Source: Candidatus Thorarchaeota archaeon (lineage in GTDB: Archaea; Asgardarchaeota; Thorarchaeia; Thorarchaeales; Thorarchaeaceae). From it: DNA of 64,000 nt. Both the position numbers and the translations under genes were made by a program. The stretch's first letter is position 1, and each line of letters starts with the position of its first letter. Where the stretch lies: the NCBI GenBank assembly GCA_020348985.1, contig CP070761.1, positions 1,866,246 to 1,930,245 of the forward strand, given 5' to 3'. Below, piece by piece: positions 1 through 9,471 of the stretch. Below the pieces are notes generated by a model that was not told where the DNA came from, searched no databases, and worked only from the letters and a program-made list of their open reading frames with translations.

Positions 1-918
1 GGCTATTACTGCAATGCCATGTTCTGGAAGCGCGCCTGCCGCGCCCAAGATTAGTGCAGAGATTGTGACTGGGTCCGCAATAGCACTCACAACATCATGC
101 TGGGTTTCGAGCAAGATGTTCACGGACTCGGTAAGCATCTCACCTGCAAAGAAGATGCCAATAAAACCCGCTGTCCAAAGAACGGCTGCACTTCGCTTGG
201 AGTGGCTAGCTTTGGCAATATCCTTCTTCTTGGAATCAGTGTCTCTTGCAAGGTCCCCCGCATAGATGAGGTAGGACAGAAATAACATCAGGGCCGCCCA
301 TGATGGGAATTTGAGCTCACGCCCAGGCACTGTTCCTGACGGTATCTCTGCAACCGCCAATGCTATTATGCCCAGAGCGAACATACTCAATAGAGCAACG
401 ATCGTCCAACGAATGAGAACCGTGTCTTTCCTGACTACTTCTTTGGGAACTAGCATCTCAGCCTTTTTCCTAGTGGATATCACGATTGTAAGTCCTAGTA
501 AGAGCATATTGAACCCCGCTGCCACAAGCACAGAAAGAATCGCGATGTCTAGTAACTCGGCATTTGCCGTTGTGAATCCCTCGAATGCCATGAAGAAGCT
601 GATAACCGCCTCTGGCAAGTTGCTTGCCAGACTTGTTAGCATTCCCGCTATGTAGGCTGAGAAGCGTAAGTGACCGGAAATGCTCTCAATTCCATCAACT
701 GCCCATTCTGAAGGTCTGAATGCCAACCAAGTTCCCATTAGCATTCCGAGTACCATTACGAGTGACACTAACTGTCCTGTGAGCCTGAAATAGAAGTAGA
801 TTCCAATAAGCAACACAGCGATGAAAAGCTCCGTTCTGCTAGCACCGATCGAGTCTCTCACTGAATGAAACTGACGATTCACTATGTCTGAGTCTTCCAG
901 AGATGATTCTTCAGCCAC
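1..918 (-). CDS. Ca2+/cation (Na+/Ca2+ or Ca2+/H+) antiporter, CaCA family, truncated at the window edge
   Basis: Absent from the ORF track because it has no stop in the window. Manual minus-strand translation gives a multi-TM protein with two alpha-repeats (GMLTSLASNLPE and GAAGALPEH). GTG start at about 918 after GGTGG. Confidence 0.8.
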   Translation of the reverse strand, partial: MAEESSLEDSDIVNRQFHSVRDSIGASRTELFIAVLLIGIYFYFRLTGQLVSLVMVLGMLMGTWLAFRPSEWAVDGIESISGHLRFSAYIAGMLTSLASNLPEAVISFFMAFEGFTTANAELLDIAILSVLVAAGFNMLLLGLTIVISTRKKAEMLVPKEVVRKDTVLIRWTIVALLSMFALGIIALAVAEIPSGTVPGRELKFPSWAALMLFLSYLIYAGDLARDTDSKKKDIAKASHSKRSAAVLWTAGFIGIFFAGEMLTESVNILLETQHDVVSAIADPVTISALILGAAGALPEHGIAVIA

Positions 919-1004
919 GGACAATCCACCAACTTTCTTTGACGCGATTCAGAAAAAGGCTCCTTAAATCATGTTGCCAATTCTGGCTGACTCGCCCTAG
1001 AGCT

Positions 1005-2180
1005 CTAGTCAATCTCGTTTCTACCAGGAATTCCGCCGTATCTGCTGGACGACCCTGTGTTCAGGAGAACTACGTCCTCGTCATAGTCTATAACGCCAGT
1101 ATCCACAAGATTCCGAAGGCCCGCTAGCCCAATTGCCGCTTCTGGACAGAAATCCAATCCCTCAAGTCTAGCGGCCATCCACTGACACGACTCAATCTCT
1201 GAATCAGTGGCTGCTACCGCTCCTCCCCCTGATCGTTGGATGACTTTCATCATTAACCTATCAGCGAAAGGCTTCGGGACTCTCAACCCATATGCTCTGG
1301 TTTCGCCTCTAGGCCATGCTTCAATCTCTTCTGTACCTCTTTCGAATGCTCTAACGACAGGTGCACAGCCTCCGCTCTGAACAGCATACATTCTAGGACG
1401 TCTGTCGTCAATTAGCCCAAGGGTCTCCAACTCCTCGAAGCCTTTCCATATGCCAATCAAAGACGTTCCTCCTCCTGTTGGACATATGACCACATCCGGA
1501 ACCGTCCATCCCATCTGTTCAGCAATCTCAAATGCCATTGTCTTTTTGCCCTCAACGCGATATGGCTCCTTAGTAGTACTCAAGTCTGTCCAACCACCAT
1601 CCCGCACTTGCATCTCTGCAGCTGCATCCACAATGGTTCCCTCAACCAAGATCACCTCAGCTCCAAACGCCCGACAACTATCTATGAACTGCTGAGGCGT
1701 ATCTTCAGGCATGAAGGCATGGGCTGAAGTTCCACTTGCGGCACAATACGCACTCATCGATACTGCGGCATTCCCAGCAGATGGAAGCGCGAAAGAGTCG
1801 ACTCCCATTTCTAGATGTTTCGAGATTGCTGCGCAGAGACCTCGGTCCTTGAAGCTTAAAGTTGGATTCTTTGCTTCATCCTTTATTCTTAGCATTCTAA
1901 GTCCCAAATGTGTGCCCAATCGTCGTGTCAGAAGAAGCGGTGTCCAGCCCTCGCCAAGACTTACAACGAATGATGGCGACTTGACGGGAAGTAGCTCGGA
2001 GTATCTCCACATTGAATTCGCTGACGATGGGAACTCTCCAGATTCGATCGCCTCAACCACACCTCTCATGTCGTATCTTGCGAACAAAGGCGTCCCGCAA
2101 AGGCAGTATGTCGCAGGCATTTCTGCGGAATGCTTTCTTCCACATTGCGGACACTCTAGATGGGAGATGTGTGATATCAC
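1005..2180 (-). CDS. thrC: Threonine synthase (PLP fold II) with N-terminal Zn ribbon
   Basis: SLGEGWTPL, NPTLSFKDRG (PLP lysine), SAGNA, PYRVEGKKTM, PTGGG. Confidence 0.9.
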   Translation of the reverse strand: MISHISHLECPQCGRKHSAEMPATYCLCGTPLFARYDMRGVVEAIESGEFPSSANSMWRYSELLPVKSPSFVVSLGEGWTPLLLTRRLGTHLGLRMLRIKDEAKNPTLSFKDRGLCAAISKHLEMGVDSFALPSAGNAAVSMSAYCAASGTSAHAFMPEDTPQQFIDSCRAFGAEVILVEGTIVDAAAEMQVRDGGWTDLSTTKEPYRVEGKKTMAFEIAEQMGWTVPDVVICPTGGGTSLIGIWKGFEELETLGLIDDRRPRMYAVQSGGCAPVVRAFERGTEEIEAWPRGETRAYGLRVPKPFADRLMMKVIQRSGGGAVAATDSEIESCQWMAARLEGLDFCPEAAIGLAGLRNLVDTGVIDYDEDVVLLNTGSSSRYGGIPGRNEID

Positions 2181-2326
2181 ATGACTTACCTACTATAGGA
2201 GCTATACTGTCCCTTATTTATCCTCCAGCAGTTGTATCTTTTTATTCGTGTGTAGCGCGTGAAAGCGTACTCTTATCAAGGTCAACCATAAGGAAGAACA
2301 TCACAATAGCAAGGTTCGGATTCAGC

Positions 2327-3520
2327 GTGACTGAGCTAAAGAGACCGGTTCTACCATTTTCTGCAGTTGTTGCCCTAGGTCGGCTCAAGCTAGCACTGAT
2401 ACTCAACGGGGTGAATCCGAGGATTGGTGGTGTTCTGGTTTCTGGACCGAAGGGTACTGGCAAGACTACTGCAGTAAGAGCCCTGGCAGATTTACTACCC
2501 GAAGTTGAGGTCGTGGAGAAATGCAGGTTTGGGTGCAGTCCAAGTGATGAGATATTCCTATGCGCAGAGTGTATCGCGAGGGTCAATGGTGGGGAGGAAC
2601 TCGCCTCCTTCAAACGCAAGATGCGAGTTGTCAACTTACCCCTGAGTACTACCGAAGACAGGCTCATTGGTTCACTTGACATTGAGAGAGTCTTGCAGGA
2701 TGGAATTCAGGCATTGAAACCCGGGATTCTTGCCGAAGCCCATCAAAACGTTCTGTATGTTGACGAGGTCAACCTACTCCCAGATCATCTTGTCGATGAC
2801 TTGCTTGACGCGGCCGCAACCAAGATCAACGTAATCGAGCGAGAGGGGATCTCGATCTCGCATCCATCAGATTTTGTATTAATCGGTACAATGAATCCAG
2901 AAGAAGGTGAGCTAAGACCACAGCTACTCGACAGGTTTCCGCTTCATGTTAGTGTTGGGACCGGGCTTTCAATCGAAGAGCGAATGGAGCTAGTGAAACG
3001 GAATCTTTCCTTCGAAGAAGACCCTGATGACTTCCGTGAGAAATGGCTTGAGGCTCAAGACGCGCTTCGAGAGAGAATTGTCAACGCGCGTAGTCTGCTG
3101 AGAGAAGTCAATCTTTCGGAATCCAAGCTGAGAGCTGTAGCAATGGCCTGCGATGCCCTTGAGGTTGATGGTGTACGGCCTGATATCATCATTAGCAAGA
3201 CTGCTATTACGAATGCCGCTCTTGAGGGTCGAACCGAAGTCAATCTTGAGGACTTGAAGATAGCGTCTCAGCTAGCCTTGAGTCACCGGACGAGGAGAGG
3301 TGGGCTTCTCGAACCTCCCTCATCTGAGGACATTGAAGCGGCCATAACGAAAGCAGAGACCATAACGAGAAAAGATGATCGAAGAAAGTCTCCCACGGAA
3401 GTCCCTGACGACGAAAAAGAGAAGAATGGCCAGCGGTTCAGCGGGGGTCGCTTTGGGCGACAAGATGAATACGCCCAATGGGGAACTGAGGAAGGCAAAA
3501 AAAAACTCCGGAGAAAGTAA
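2327..3520 (+). CDS. Mg/Co-chelatase ChlI/BchI-like AAA+ ATPase (also the 5' part of a frameshifted chlD-like gene)
   Basis: PFSAVV, GPKGTGKT Walker A, TEDRLIGSLD, LYVDEVNLL Walker B, GTMNPEEGELRPQLLDRF. GTG at 2327 is the likely start. Confidence 0.88.
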   Translation: MTELKRPVLPFSAVVALGRLKLALILNGVNPRIGGVLVSGPKGTGKTTAVRALADLLPEVEVVEKCRFGCSPSDEIFLCAECIARVNGGEELASFKRKMRVVNLPLSTTEDRLIGSLDIERVLQDGIQALKPGILAEAHQNVLYVDEVNLLPDHLVDDLLDAAATKINVIEREGISISHPSDFVLIGTMNPEEGELRPQLLDRFPLHVSVGTGLSIEERMELVKRNLSFEEDPDDFREKWLEAQDALRERIVNARSLLREVNLSESKLRAVAMACDALEVDGVRPDIIISKTAITNAALEGRTEVNLEDLKIASQLALSHRTRRGGLLEPPSSEDIEAAITKAETITRKDDRRKSPTEVPDDEKEKNGQRFSGGRFGRQDEYAQWGTEEGKKKLRRK

Positions 3521-3543
3521 GGACCGCCAGAGGTAGTCCTTTC
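3497..3543 (+). other. Putative programmed -1 frameshift or slippage signal (A9 run plus downstream hairpin)
   Basis: A9 at 3497-3505. The -1 frame is open from the run into ORF 3565..4998. Hairpin AAGGAC/GTCCTT at 3519-3541. Confidence 0.7.
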
Positions 3544-3564
3544 AAAATCACCGCGTGTACGATA

Positions 3565-4998
3565 ATGCTGATCACAGCACTGTCTTTCTTCGCATGGCTC
3601 TACTTCAGCCCAATCAATCTTCTCCTCGGTCTTCCTATTGGAGTCTTTCCGCCACTGCCAGTTTTCATCATCAATATCATTCTCTACGCACCGCTAATCT
3701 TCTATATTATCCGCTATTGGATGAGACTCCTGGCGAAGCGTCAGTCAGGTTCCGCCGCAGGGATCGACACAGTCGAACCTACCAGAGGAGTTCCAGAGCC
3801 CGGAGATGAATGGGGAAGAGCTACAAGACCCTATAGTCCGGAGGATCCTGCGAGGATTCCAGGTTCGAAATCCGAGATACGCGAAAGTCCGTATGCTCTT
3901 GACTCGGGCTTCTTTGTCAAGACACCAGATCTCGAAACGGGTGAGGAGCTCTTTGATGCTGACGAGCTCAGAGCTGGCGCAATGATGCGGTCTAGGGTCT
4001 CTTCAGGAGGATGGGTGGACAAGAGAGTAGCCTCACGGGCAGTGGGTTCCCTAAAGGCATCGGACACTCCCAAACATGGACGACCATTCAGGTCCAGAAT
4101 GCCATCTGGCGAGGTTGGCAGCATAGACATCCCCTCCACTGTGATGGCGGCGATAGTCAGGTCTGGTCGCATTCCTAGGGGTGAGAGAATCAGGATTCAA
4201 CCACAAGATATCCGGGAGAAAGTCTTCAGCGGCAGAACTCCACTCACAGTCATCTTGGTCATAGATGTTAGCCTTTCAATGAAAGACAGCATGCCAGAAG
4301 TAAGGAAGGTCATCAAACGCATTGAGCGTGAAACCCGAGGGTCAAAGGATCGAATCGGCCTCATTGCATTCAAGGACAGTGGTGCAATTGAGGTTCAAGC
4401 TCCAACCTCGAATTGGAACAAGCTATACCGTGGTCTTTCGAGGCTGCGAATTTCAGGACTCACTCCTCTTGCAGAAGGTATCATGAAAGCGCTTGAGACA
4501 ATCAGAAGGGAAAGGATGAGAAGTCTAGATGTGGAGCCCTTGGTCGTTGTCATTTCGGATTTTGCCCCCAACATACCACTAGCACAATCTGTTGGACCAG
4601 GCAATGCACAGTACACACCGGTCAGAGACCTGGTCAAGGCGGCGAGGGTTCTGCGCAAAAAGGACACACGCCTCGTTACGATAAATGTAGACAAAGAACA
4701 GGTCAAGTGGACTCGGTTCTTGAACCGGCCTTATCATGATGCTCTCGAACTTGGTACCATGCTGAGAATGATGAAAGAAGGCTACAAGAGCGTAATCGAG
4801 ACCATTCTGGCAGTCCCGGAGTTTCGGAAATCCTTCGGATCATATTTGGTTGCCACTGCTGGTGGAGGTAGAACATTCCTTTCCAGTGAGGTTTTGGGTT
4901 TTGACTCTGTCCTAGGTGAGTTTCTTGCTGCTAGCAGAAAGCGAGTAAAGATTGATGCAGAAACTCTGGACAAGGCAGAGGCCTACATTTTGAAGTAA
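3565..4998 (+). CDS. ChlD-like vWA-domain protein with N-terminal transmembrane segments (3' part of frameshifted gene)
   Basis: MIDAS DVSLS, GLTPLAEG, VVVISD. ChlD-type linker IDIPSTVMAA...DIREKV. Hydrophobic N-terminal ~55 aa. Confidence 0.82.
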   Translation: MLITALSFFAWLYFSPINLLLGLPIGVFPPLPVFIINIILYAPLIFYIIRYWMRLLAKRQSGSAAGIDTVEPTRGVPEPGDEWGRATRPYSPEDPARIPGSKSEIRESPYALDSGFFVKTPDLETGEELFDADELRAGAMMRSRVSSGGWVDKRVASRAVGSLKASDTPKHGRPFRSRMPSGEVGSIDIPSTVMAAIVRSGRIPRGERIRIQPQDIREKVFSGRTPLTVILVIDVSLSMKDSMPEVRKVIKRIERETRGSKDRIGLIAFKDSGAIEVQAPTSNWNKLYRGLSRLRISGLTPLAEGIMKALETIRRERMRSLDVEPLVVVISDFAPNIPLAQSVGPGNAQYTPVRDLVKAARVLRKKDTRLVTINVDKEQVKWTRFLNRPYHDALELGTMLRMMKEGYKSVIETILAVPEFRKSFGSYLVATAGGGRTFLSSEVLGFDSVLGEFLAASRKRVKIDAETLDKAEAYILK

Positions 4999-5185
4999 GT
5001 ACTGTGCCTTGGGTGCTCATTCAATTGGCAAGAAATGGGTTATATGGCTCCACGTAGATGTCTGGCATGCGCAAATAGCCCGTTAACAACTGATGTCATA
5101 GTGAGCGAGGAGTACCCCGAACGGGGTTTCAATGAATTGTCTTTTCATGCAACAGTCACAGGGCTATTGCGCACCAAAATGAGAC

Positions 5186-6211
5186 ATGAGGCCTGTAGCC
5201 ATGCTTCCCGGGAAGGTTCCACCAGCGATACTTGAAAGGCTCGTCTTCACGCGACTAGGACAAGTAGATGACTCCGTGATTCTAGGACCTGAGTTGGGTG
5301 AGGATGCCTCTCTGATTCGGATAGGAGGTCGTGTGCTGGTGGCGTCAACGGACCCCATCACAGGATCGATTGAAGACATTGGGTGGCTCGCTGTGCACAT
5401 CAATGCAAACGATGTTGCAACATTTGGCGTTGTACCACGATGGTTCCTGGTGTCAATCATGCTTCCGATATACTCCACCTCCGAACACATTGAACGCATC
5501 ATGAATCAGATTCACGGAGCGGCATTTCAACTAGGCGTTGCTGTTGCCGGGGGACACACTGAAGTCACTGAGGGCATCGATCGGCCAATAGTGGCAGGCT
5601 TCATGTTGGGCGAAACTGAAGAAGGGAGATATGTGACTTCCCGTGGCGCCAAGGCGGGGGATTCGATTATAGTTACCAAGTCAATAGCTCTGGAGGGGAC
5701 TTCTATACTTGCTTCAGAATGTCACTCGAGACTAGTGAGTTCACTTGGAGAAGATGTGTTGAAGGAAGCACGATCTATGCGTGATCTCATTAGCGTGGTG
5801 AAGGAAGGAGTGTCTGCCTTCGAGACCGGACATTTGACAGCTATGCATGATCCTACAGAGGGAGGTATAGCAGGAGGTTTGCACGAACTGTGCGATGCGA
5901 GCGGGGTCGGGTTTGAGGTAGAAATGGATCGGATTCCATTAGTCGAACCTACACGACTAATCTGTGATGAGCTGAGGATTAATCCCCTAGAACTCATCAG
6001 CAGTGGATGCATGGTTATCACGTGCAATTCTGAGTTTGACAATGAAGTAGTAGGAGCCATTAATTCAAAAGGCATCAAGGCAACCATAATTGGAACGGTT
6101 TTGGCGGACAGTGAAGATCGCAGACTGGTTTCCAAGTCAGGTTCAGAGCCTCTAGCAAGACCAGAAACTGATGCCCTCTGGAATGCACTCAAACAGACTA
6201 AAGATTCATGA
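5186..6211 (+). CDS. AIR synthase-related (HypE/ThiL-like PurM superfamily) protein
   Basis: GEDA, STDPIT, NANDVA, AGGHTE, MHDPTEGG. Confidence 0.85.
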   Translation: MRPVAMLPGKVPPAILERLVFTRLGQVDDSVILGPELGEDASLIRIGGRVLVASTDPITGSIEDIGWLAVHINANDVATFGVVPRWFLVSIMLPIYSTSEHIERIMNQIHGAAFQLGVAVAGGHTEVTEGIDRPIVAGFMLGETEEGRYVTSRGAKAGDSIIVTKSIALEGTSILASECHSRLVSSLGEDVLKEARSMRDLISVVKEGVSAFETGHLTAMHDPTEGGIAGGLHELCDASGVGFEVEMDRIPLVEPTRLICDELRINPLELISSGCMVITCNSEFDNEVVGAINSKGIKATIIGTVLADSEDRRLVSKSGSEPLARPETDALWNALKQTKDS

Positions 6212-6977
6212 AGTCAATTACAGCCTGTAATTCCTTTGGTCCAACCGCCTCGATCAGCATGGGCGAGATCGAGATGTTTCCATTCGCTAACACCTCGTTC
6301 GCGTCTGTTCCCCTAGGAGAATCATTCTCTTCACCACGTATCCAGAAGTAGGGACTTCCATTTGGATCAATCCGTTCTTCAAGGCTGTTGGTCATCCTCA
6401 GTCTTGTGGGACTCGTCACAACCATTCTGCTATTCTCAAGCGTCCTTGACGGGAAATTCAGATTCAGCGCGTCAACTCCTGAAGGCAGACCCCTTTCCAA
6501 GATCATGTTGGCTATGTCAACTACCACCCTGACCTCTGCCGAATAGCCAACCTCGGACGTAGAATTATTGAACCATTCATCAGGACTTGCAACCTTTGAA
6601 ACTGCAATACCAGGATGTCCGTTCATTGCCGCCTCCAATACTGCTCCAACAGTGCCACTAGTGTACATGCTCTGGTAGCCGATATTCGCCCCGCTATTGA
6701 TCCCGGATATGAAGAGGTCGATCTTCTCCAAGTGGGCCCGAGCGATGATGATTGAATCTGCAGGAGTTCCATCGTGAGTTATCAACCTGTATCCATCTTT
6801 GGCCCTGTGATGATGGATTCTTAAGGGCCTGTTGAAGGTAAGTGCTTTTCCGGTCGCACTACGCTGCCCATCAGGTACAACAACTGCCAATTCAGAGATT
6901 GCGGAAAGACCTGCCGCCAACTCGCAAAGGCCTTTGCTGGATGGACCATCATCGTTTGTTAGGACTATATTACTCAA
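6198..6977 (-). CDS. surE: 5'/3'-nucleotidase SurE
   Basis: LTNDDG, DGTPAD, SGINSGAN, SGTVGA, NLNFP. TTG start at 6977. Confidence 0.93.
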   Translation of the reverse strand: MSNIVLTNDDGPSSKGLCELAAGLSAISELAVVVPDGQRSATGKALTFNRPLRIHHHRAKDGYRLITHDGTPADSIIIARAHLEKIDLFISGINSGANIGYQSMYTSGTVGAVLEAAMNGHPGIAVSKVASPDEWFNNSTSEVGYSAEVRVVVDIANMILERGLPSGVDALNLNFPSRTLENSRMVVTSPTRLRMTNSLEERIDPNGSPYFWIRGEENDSPRGTDANEVLANGNISISPMLIEAVGPKELQAVIDFMNL

Positions 6978-7044
6978 TTGACAACTACCCCACCAATGTT
7001 GGAGGACTCTGGCGACGCGCAAACTGAATTAAGCATGACGGATT

Positions 7045-7085
7045 GGCAAAAAGGGGAGGGAGGAAGCAACACCGGCGCTGCTTCC
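7045..7085 (-). terminator. Stem-loop plus pyrimidine/T tract downstream of the small histone gene
   Basis: Minus strand GGAAGCAGCG-CCGG-TGTTGCTTCC followed by TCCCTCCCCTTTTT. Confidence 0.55.
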
Positions 7086-7110
7086 ATAATTAGCATAGCC
7101 ACACAATCTG

Positions 7111-7281
7111 CTAGAGGTCGCAAGCTTTCAAGGTCTTCCTTTTGTTGTCAGTGCTCCGCTTTGCGGCTTCCTCGAGAAGCAAGTTAATCTTCTTGTCAAG
7201 TGCGTTGTAGAATTCAGCGCTCACCTTGAGATCTTTTTTCCTGGCAAATTGCTGGACTGCTTTCTTGACTATGAAGGACAA
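7111..7281 (-). CDS. Short histone-fold protein with truncated alpha3 (face-to-face / bacterial-dimer-like histone)
   Basis: MSFIVKKAVQQFARKKDLKVSAEFYNALDKKINLLLEEAAKRSTDNKRKTLKACDL, with an RKT..D motif at the very C-terminus. TTG start after GGAG (alternative ATG 7314). Confidence 0.8.
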   Translation of the reverse strand: MSFIVKKAVQQFARKKDLKVSAEFYNALDKKINLLLEEAAKRSTDNKRKTLKACDL

Positions 7282-7363
7282 TGTATTCCGCTCCCGTACC
7301 GTTGCCACATCCATCCGCTGGAGTGCCGAAGCAAACTCCTTTGTGCGTCTTATAAGAGTTCTC

Positions 7364-8500
7364 TCAAAACGGTGTCCTGTATCTATCTGGCTGCGCGTTC
7401 GGCTGTTCAGGAGAACAACTGAATTCTCTTGTGAGAACATCTACAATCTTCACCGACGCATCTCCCTCACCGTAAGGACAACTACGGCGAACATCAAGCC
7501 CTTCTTCACACAGTCTGTTTACTAGAGCCGGGAATTTCTTTGGGTCGGTTCCAACAACAGTGGCATGACCAGATTCCACAGCCTCCGGTCTTTCAGTTGA
7601 CCGTCGAAGTACAAAGACTCTCTTGTTGAGTGATGGTGCTGTGACCTCTTCTTGTATACCCCCAGAATCGGTCAGCACAAATTCACAATCAATCAGAAGT
7701 CGAAGGAAGCTCATGTAGCCCATCGGATTGACTATATGGATGTGTCCAAGAGAACACAAATCGTCCATCAGATTGAACTCCTCCAAACGTCGTAGCGTTC
7801 TTGGATGAGCTGGAAAGACGATGTCCTTTCGGACCACTTGAAGCCCTTTCACTAGACCCTTGAGGATTTCCGGGTTGTCGACGTTCTCTGCTCGATGGAG
7901 TGTGAGTAAGGCAAACCCGTCCAGATTCTTCTCGGAGACGGGCGATTCAATTTTCCTAGCTTTGGGTATGATGGATTCAAGTGCATCGATGACAGTGTTA
8001 CCGGTGATGTACACGTTGCCCCACACATTCTCGTTCTTGAGGATTCTAGCCGTGTAGTCTGTAGGAGCAAACAAGTACTTCGAAATATGGTCAGTCAATC
8101 TGCGGTTGTGCTCTTCTGGCATTCTCATGTCGTAGCTTCTGAGTCCCGCTTCAATATGTCCAACAGGGATATCCAATTTAACTGCCGCAAGAGCTGCTGA
8201 GAGCACTGCATTGGTATCTCCCAGCACAACTACAACGTCAGGCTTGTGTTCCAGAAGTTTCTCCTCTATGCCAAGAAGTGCTCTTGCAGTCTGCTGTGAA
8301 TGTGTTCCTGAACCTATCTCAAGATTAGAGTCAGGGTCTCGCAGTTTCATATCGATGAAGAATGATTTGCTTAATCCATGGGAGTAGTGTTGACCGGTAT
8401 GGAGGAAGAAGTATCTGATGGACCTTTTGCTAAACTCGTGAAGCACTGGTGCCATCTTGATGATTTCTGGGCGTGTTCCTATGACAACAAATGGTTTCAC
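7364..8500 (-). CDS. wecB: UDP-N-acetylglucosamine 2-epimerase (non-hydrolysing)
   Basis: GTRPEIIK, HTGQHY, GDTN, HIEAGLRS, MPEEHNR, TDSGGIQEE. Confidence 0.95.
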   Translation of the reverse strand: MKPFVVIGTRPEIIKMAPVLHEFSKRSIRYFFLHTGQHYSHGLSKSFFIDMKLRDPDSNLEIGSGTHSQQTARALLGIEEKLLEHKPDVVVVLGDTNAVLSAALAAVKLDIPVGHIEAGLRSYDMRMPEEHNRRLTDHISKYLFAPTDYTARILKNENVWGNVYITGNTVIDALESIIPKARKIESPVSEKNLDGFALLTLHRAENVDNPEILKGLVKGLQVVRKDIVFPAHPRTLRRLEEFNLMDDLCSLGHIHIVNPMGYMSFLRLLIDCEFVLTDSGGIQEEVTAPSLNKRVFVLRRSTERPEAVESGHATVVGTDPKKFPALVNRLCEEGLDVRRSCPYGEGDASVKIVDVLTREFSCSPEQPNAQPDRYRTPF

Positions 8501-8641
8501 TTTTGTCCCTAGGGGATTTGGGACGTGTCGCTTCACATAAGGCTGACGGGAGGCTACCTCAAAAGCTTGAATCCCTTACCGTAGGAGGCCCCGCAAAGAC
8601 CTTTAAGAACATGGGCAGACATCATTACAATTTACCGCGAT

Positions 8642-9445
8642 TTGGTGAGGATTGAATTGAGGTATGCCCTTGGAGTGCTAGTAGGAGCACTAATTCCTGG
8701 AATCGTTTTGATAGGCGTCGCTTTCATCAACATTCTGGGTGTTGGAGTGACAGACCCGGCTGTGCTGCAGTCACTTTGGAGTGTTTTCCTCACTTGGGTT
8801 GTCATTTCATTCATCATCTTCTTGGCCCCGCTTGTGGTAGCTCGATACTCAAGTCGGCTGAATTTCCGGGAGATAGCTCTCTTTGAGATTGGTGGCATTG
8901 CGTTCTTTGGACCAATTTGGTTTGCCGTTGTCGCAGAAATCACAGGCAATTCAATAATGGATATCCTGTTGAATGGAGTCGAAAATGCACTTCCAGCACC
9001 AGACGAATTTGGTCGGATTGTCGGCGTAAGTATTGGTCCATTCATGCTTATCCCAATCCTCGGATTGATGCTACTTGTGGGCTTAATACTCCTAAGGCCC
9101 TCGTTCATTGAAAGAAGCTTGGAGCCACCTACGCCTTCAGAGCTTGCCGCACTGACTGAGACTGCTCCTTCACCAGCCCGAGACACCGTAGAAGCTGAGA
9201 TGCCGGATGTAGCCCGCCCGATTGCTGACGAGTCCACAAAGAGGCAGCTTGAGACTCTTCTGACAGAGCTTGGAACTCCCCCTGAAACTATTTCTGCGAT
9301 TGTTGGAGCTGGATTCGCAACTGTCACCGACTTCGTAGCCACAAGCCCTGATCAGATTGCCATTGCTACTGGTATGGATAAGAAGACGGCCGAGGATCTT
9401 CATGTAGCAGTCCAGAAGAAAGTATGGTTCGGCGGAATCGAATAG
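8642..9445 (+). CDS. Membrane protein (about 4 TM) with C-terminal helix-hairpin-helix-like domain
   Basis: Hydrophobic N-terminal half. C-terminal GFATVTDFVATSPDQIAIATGMDKKTAEDL resembles the HhH of the RadA N-terminus/NusA. Confidence 0.6.
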   Translation: MVRIELRYALGVLVGALIPGIVLIGVAFINILGVGVTDPAVLQSLWSVFLTWVVISFIIFLAPLVVARYSSRLNFREIALFEIGGIAFFGPIWFAVVAEITGNSIMDILLNGVENALPAPDEFGRIVGVSIGPFMLIPILGLMLLVGLILLRPSFIERSLEPPTPSELAALTETAPSPARDTVEAEMPDVARPIADESTKRQLETLLTELGTPPETISAIVGAGFATVTDFVATSPDQIAIATGMDKKTAEDLHVAVQKKVWFGGIE

Positions 9446-9471
9446 GTATCGACACAGATTCTGTTTGCAAG

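Noticed and set aside
2012-2326. 105-aa N-terminal extension of the ChlI-like ORF
   Set aside because: Overlaps thrC on the opposite strand and the shared promoter region; homology begins at about 2327.
5186-6211. Selenophosphate synthetase SelD or hydrogenase maturation HypE
   Set aside because: No N-terminal Cys/Sec-x-x-Lys motif and no C-terminal PRIC; only the PurM-superfamily call is supported.
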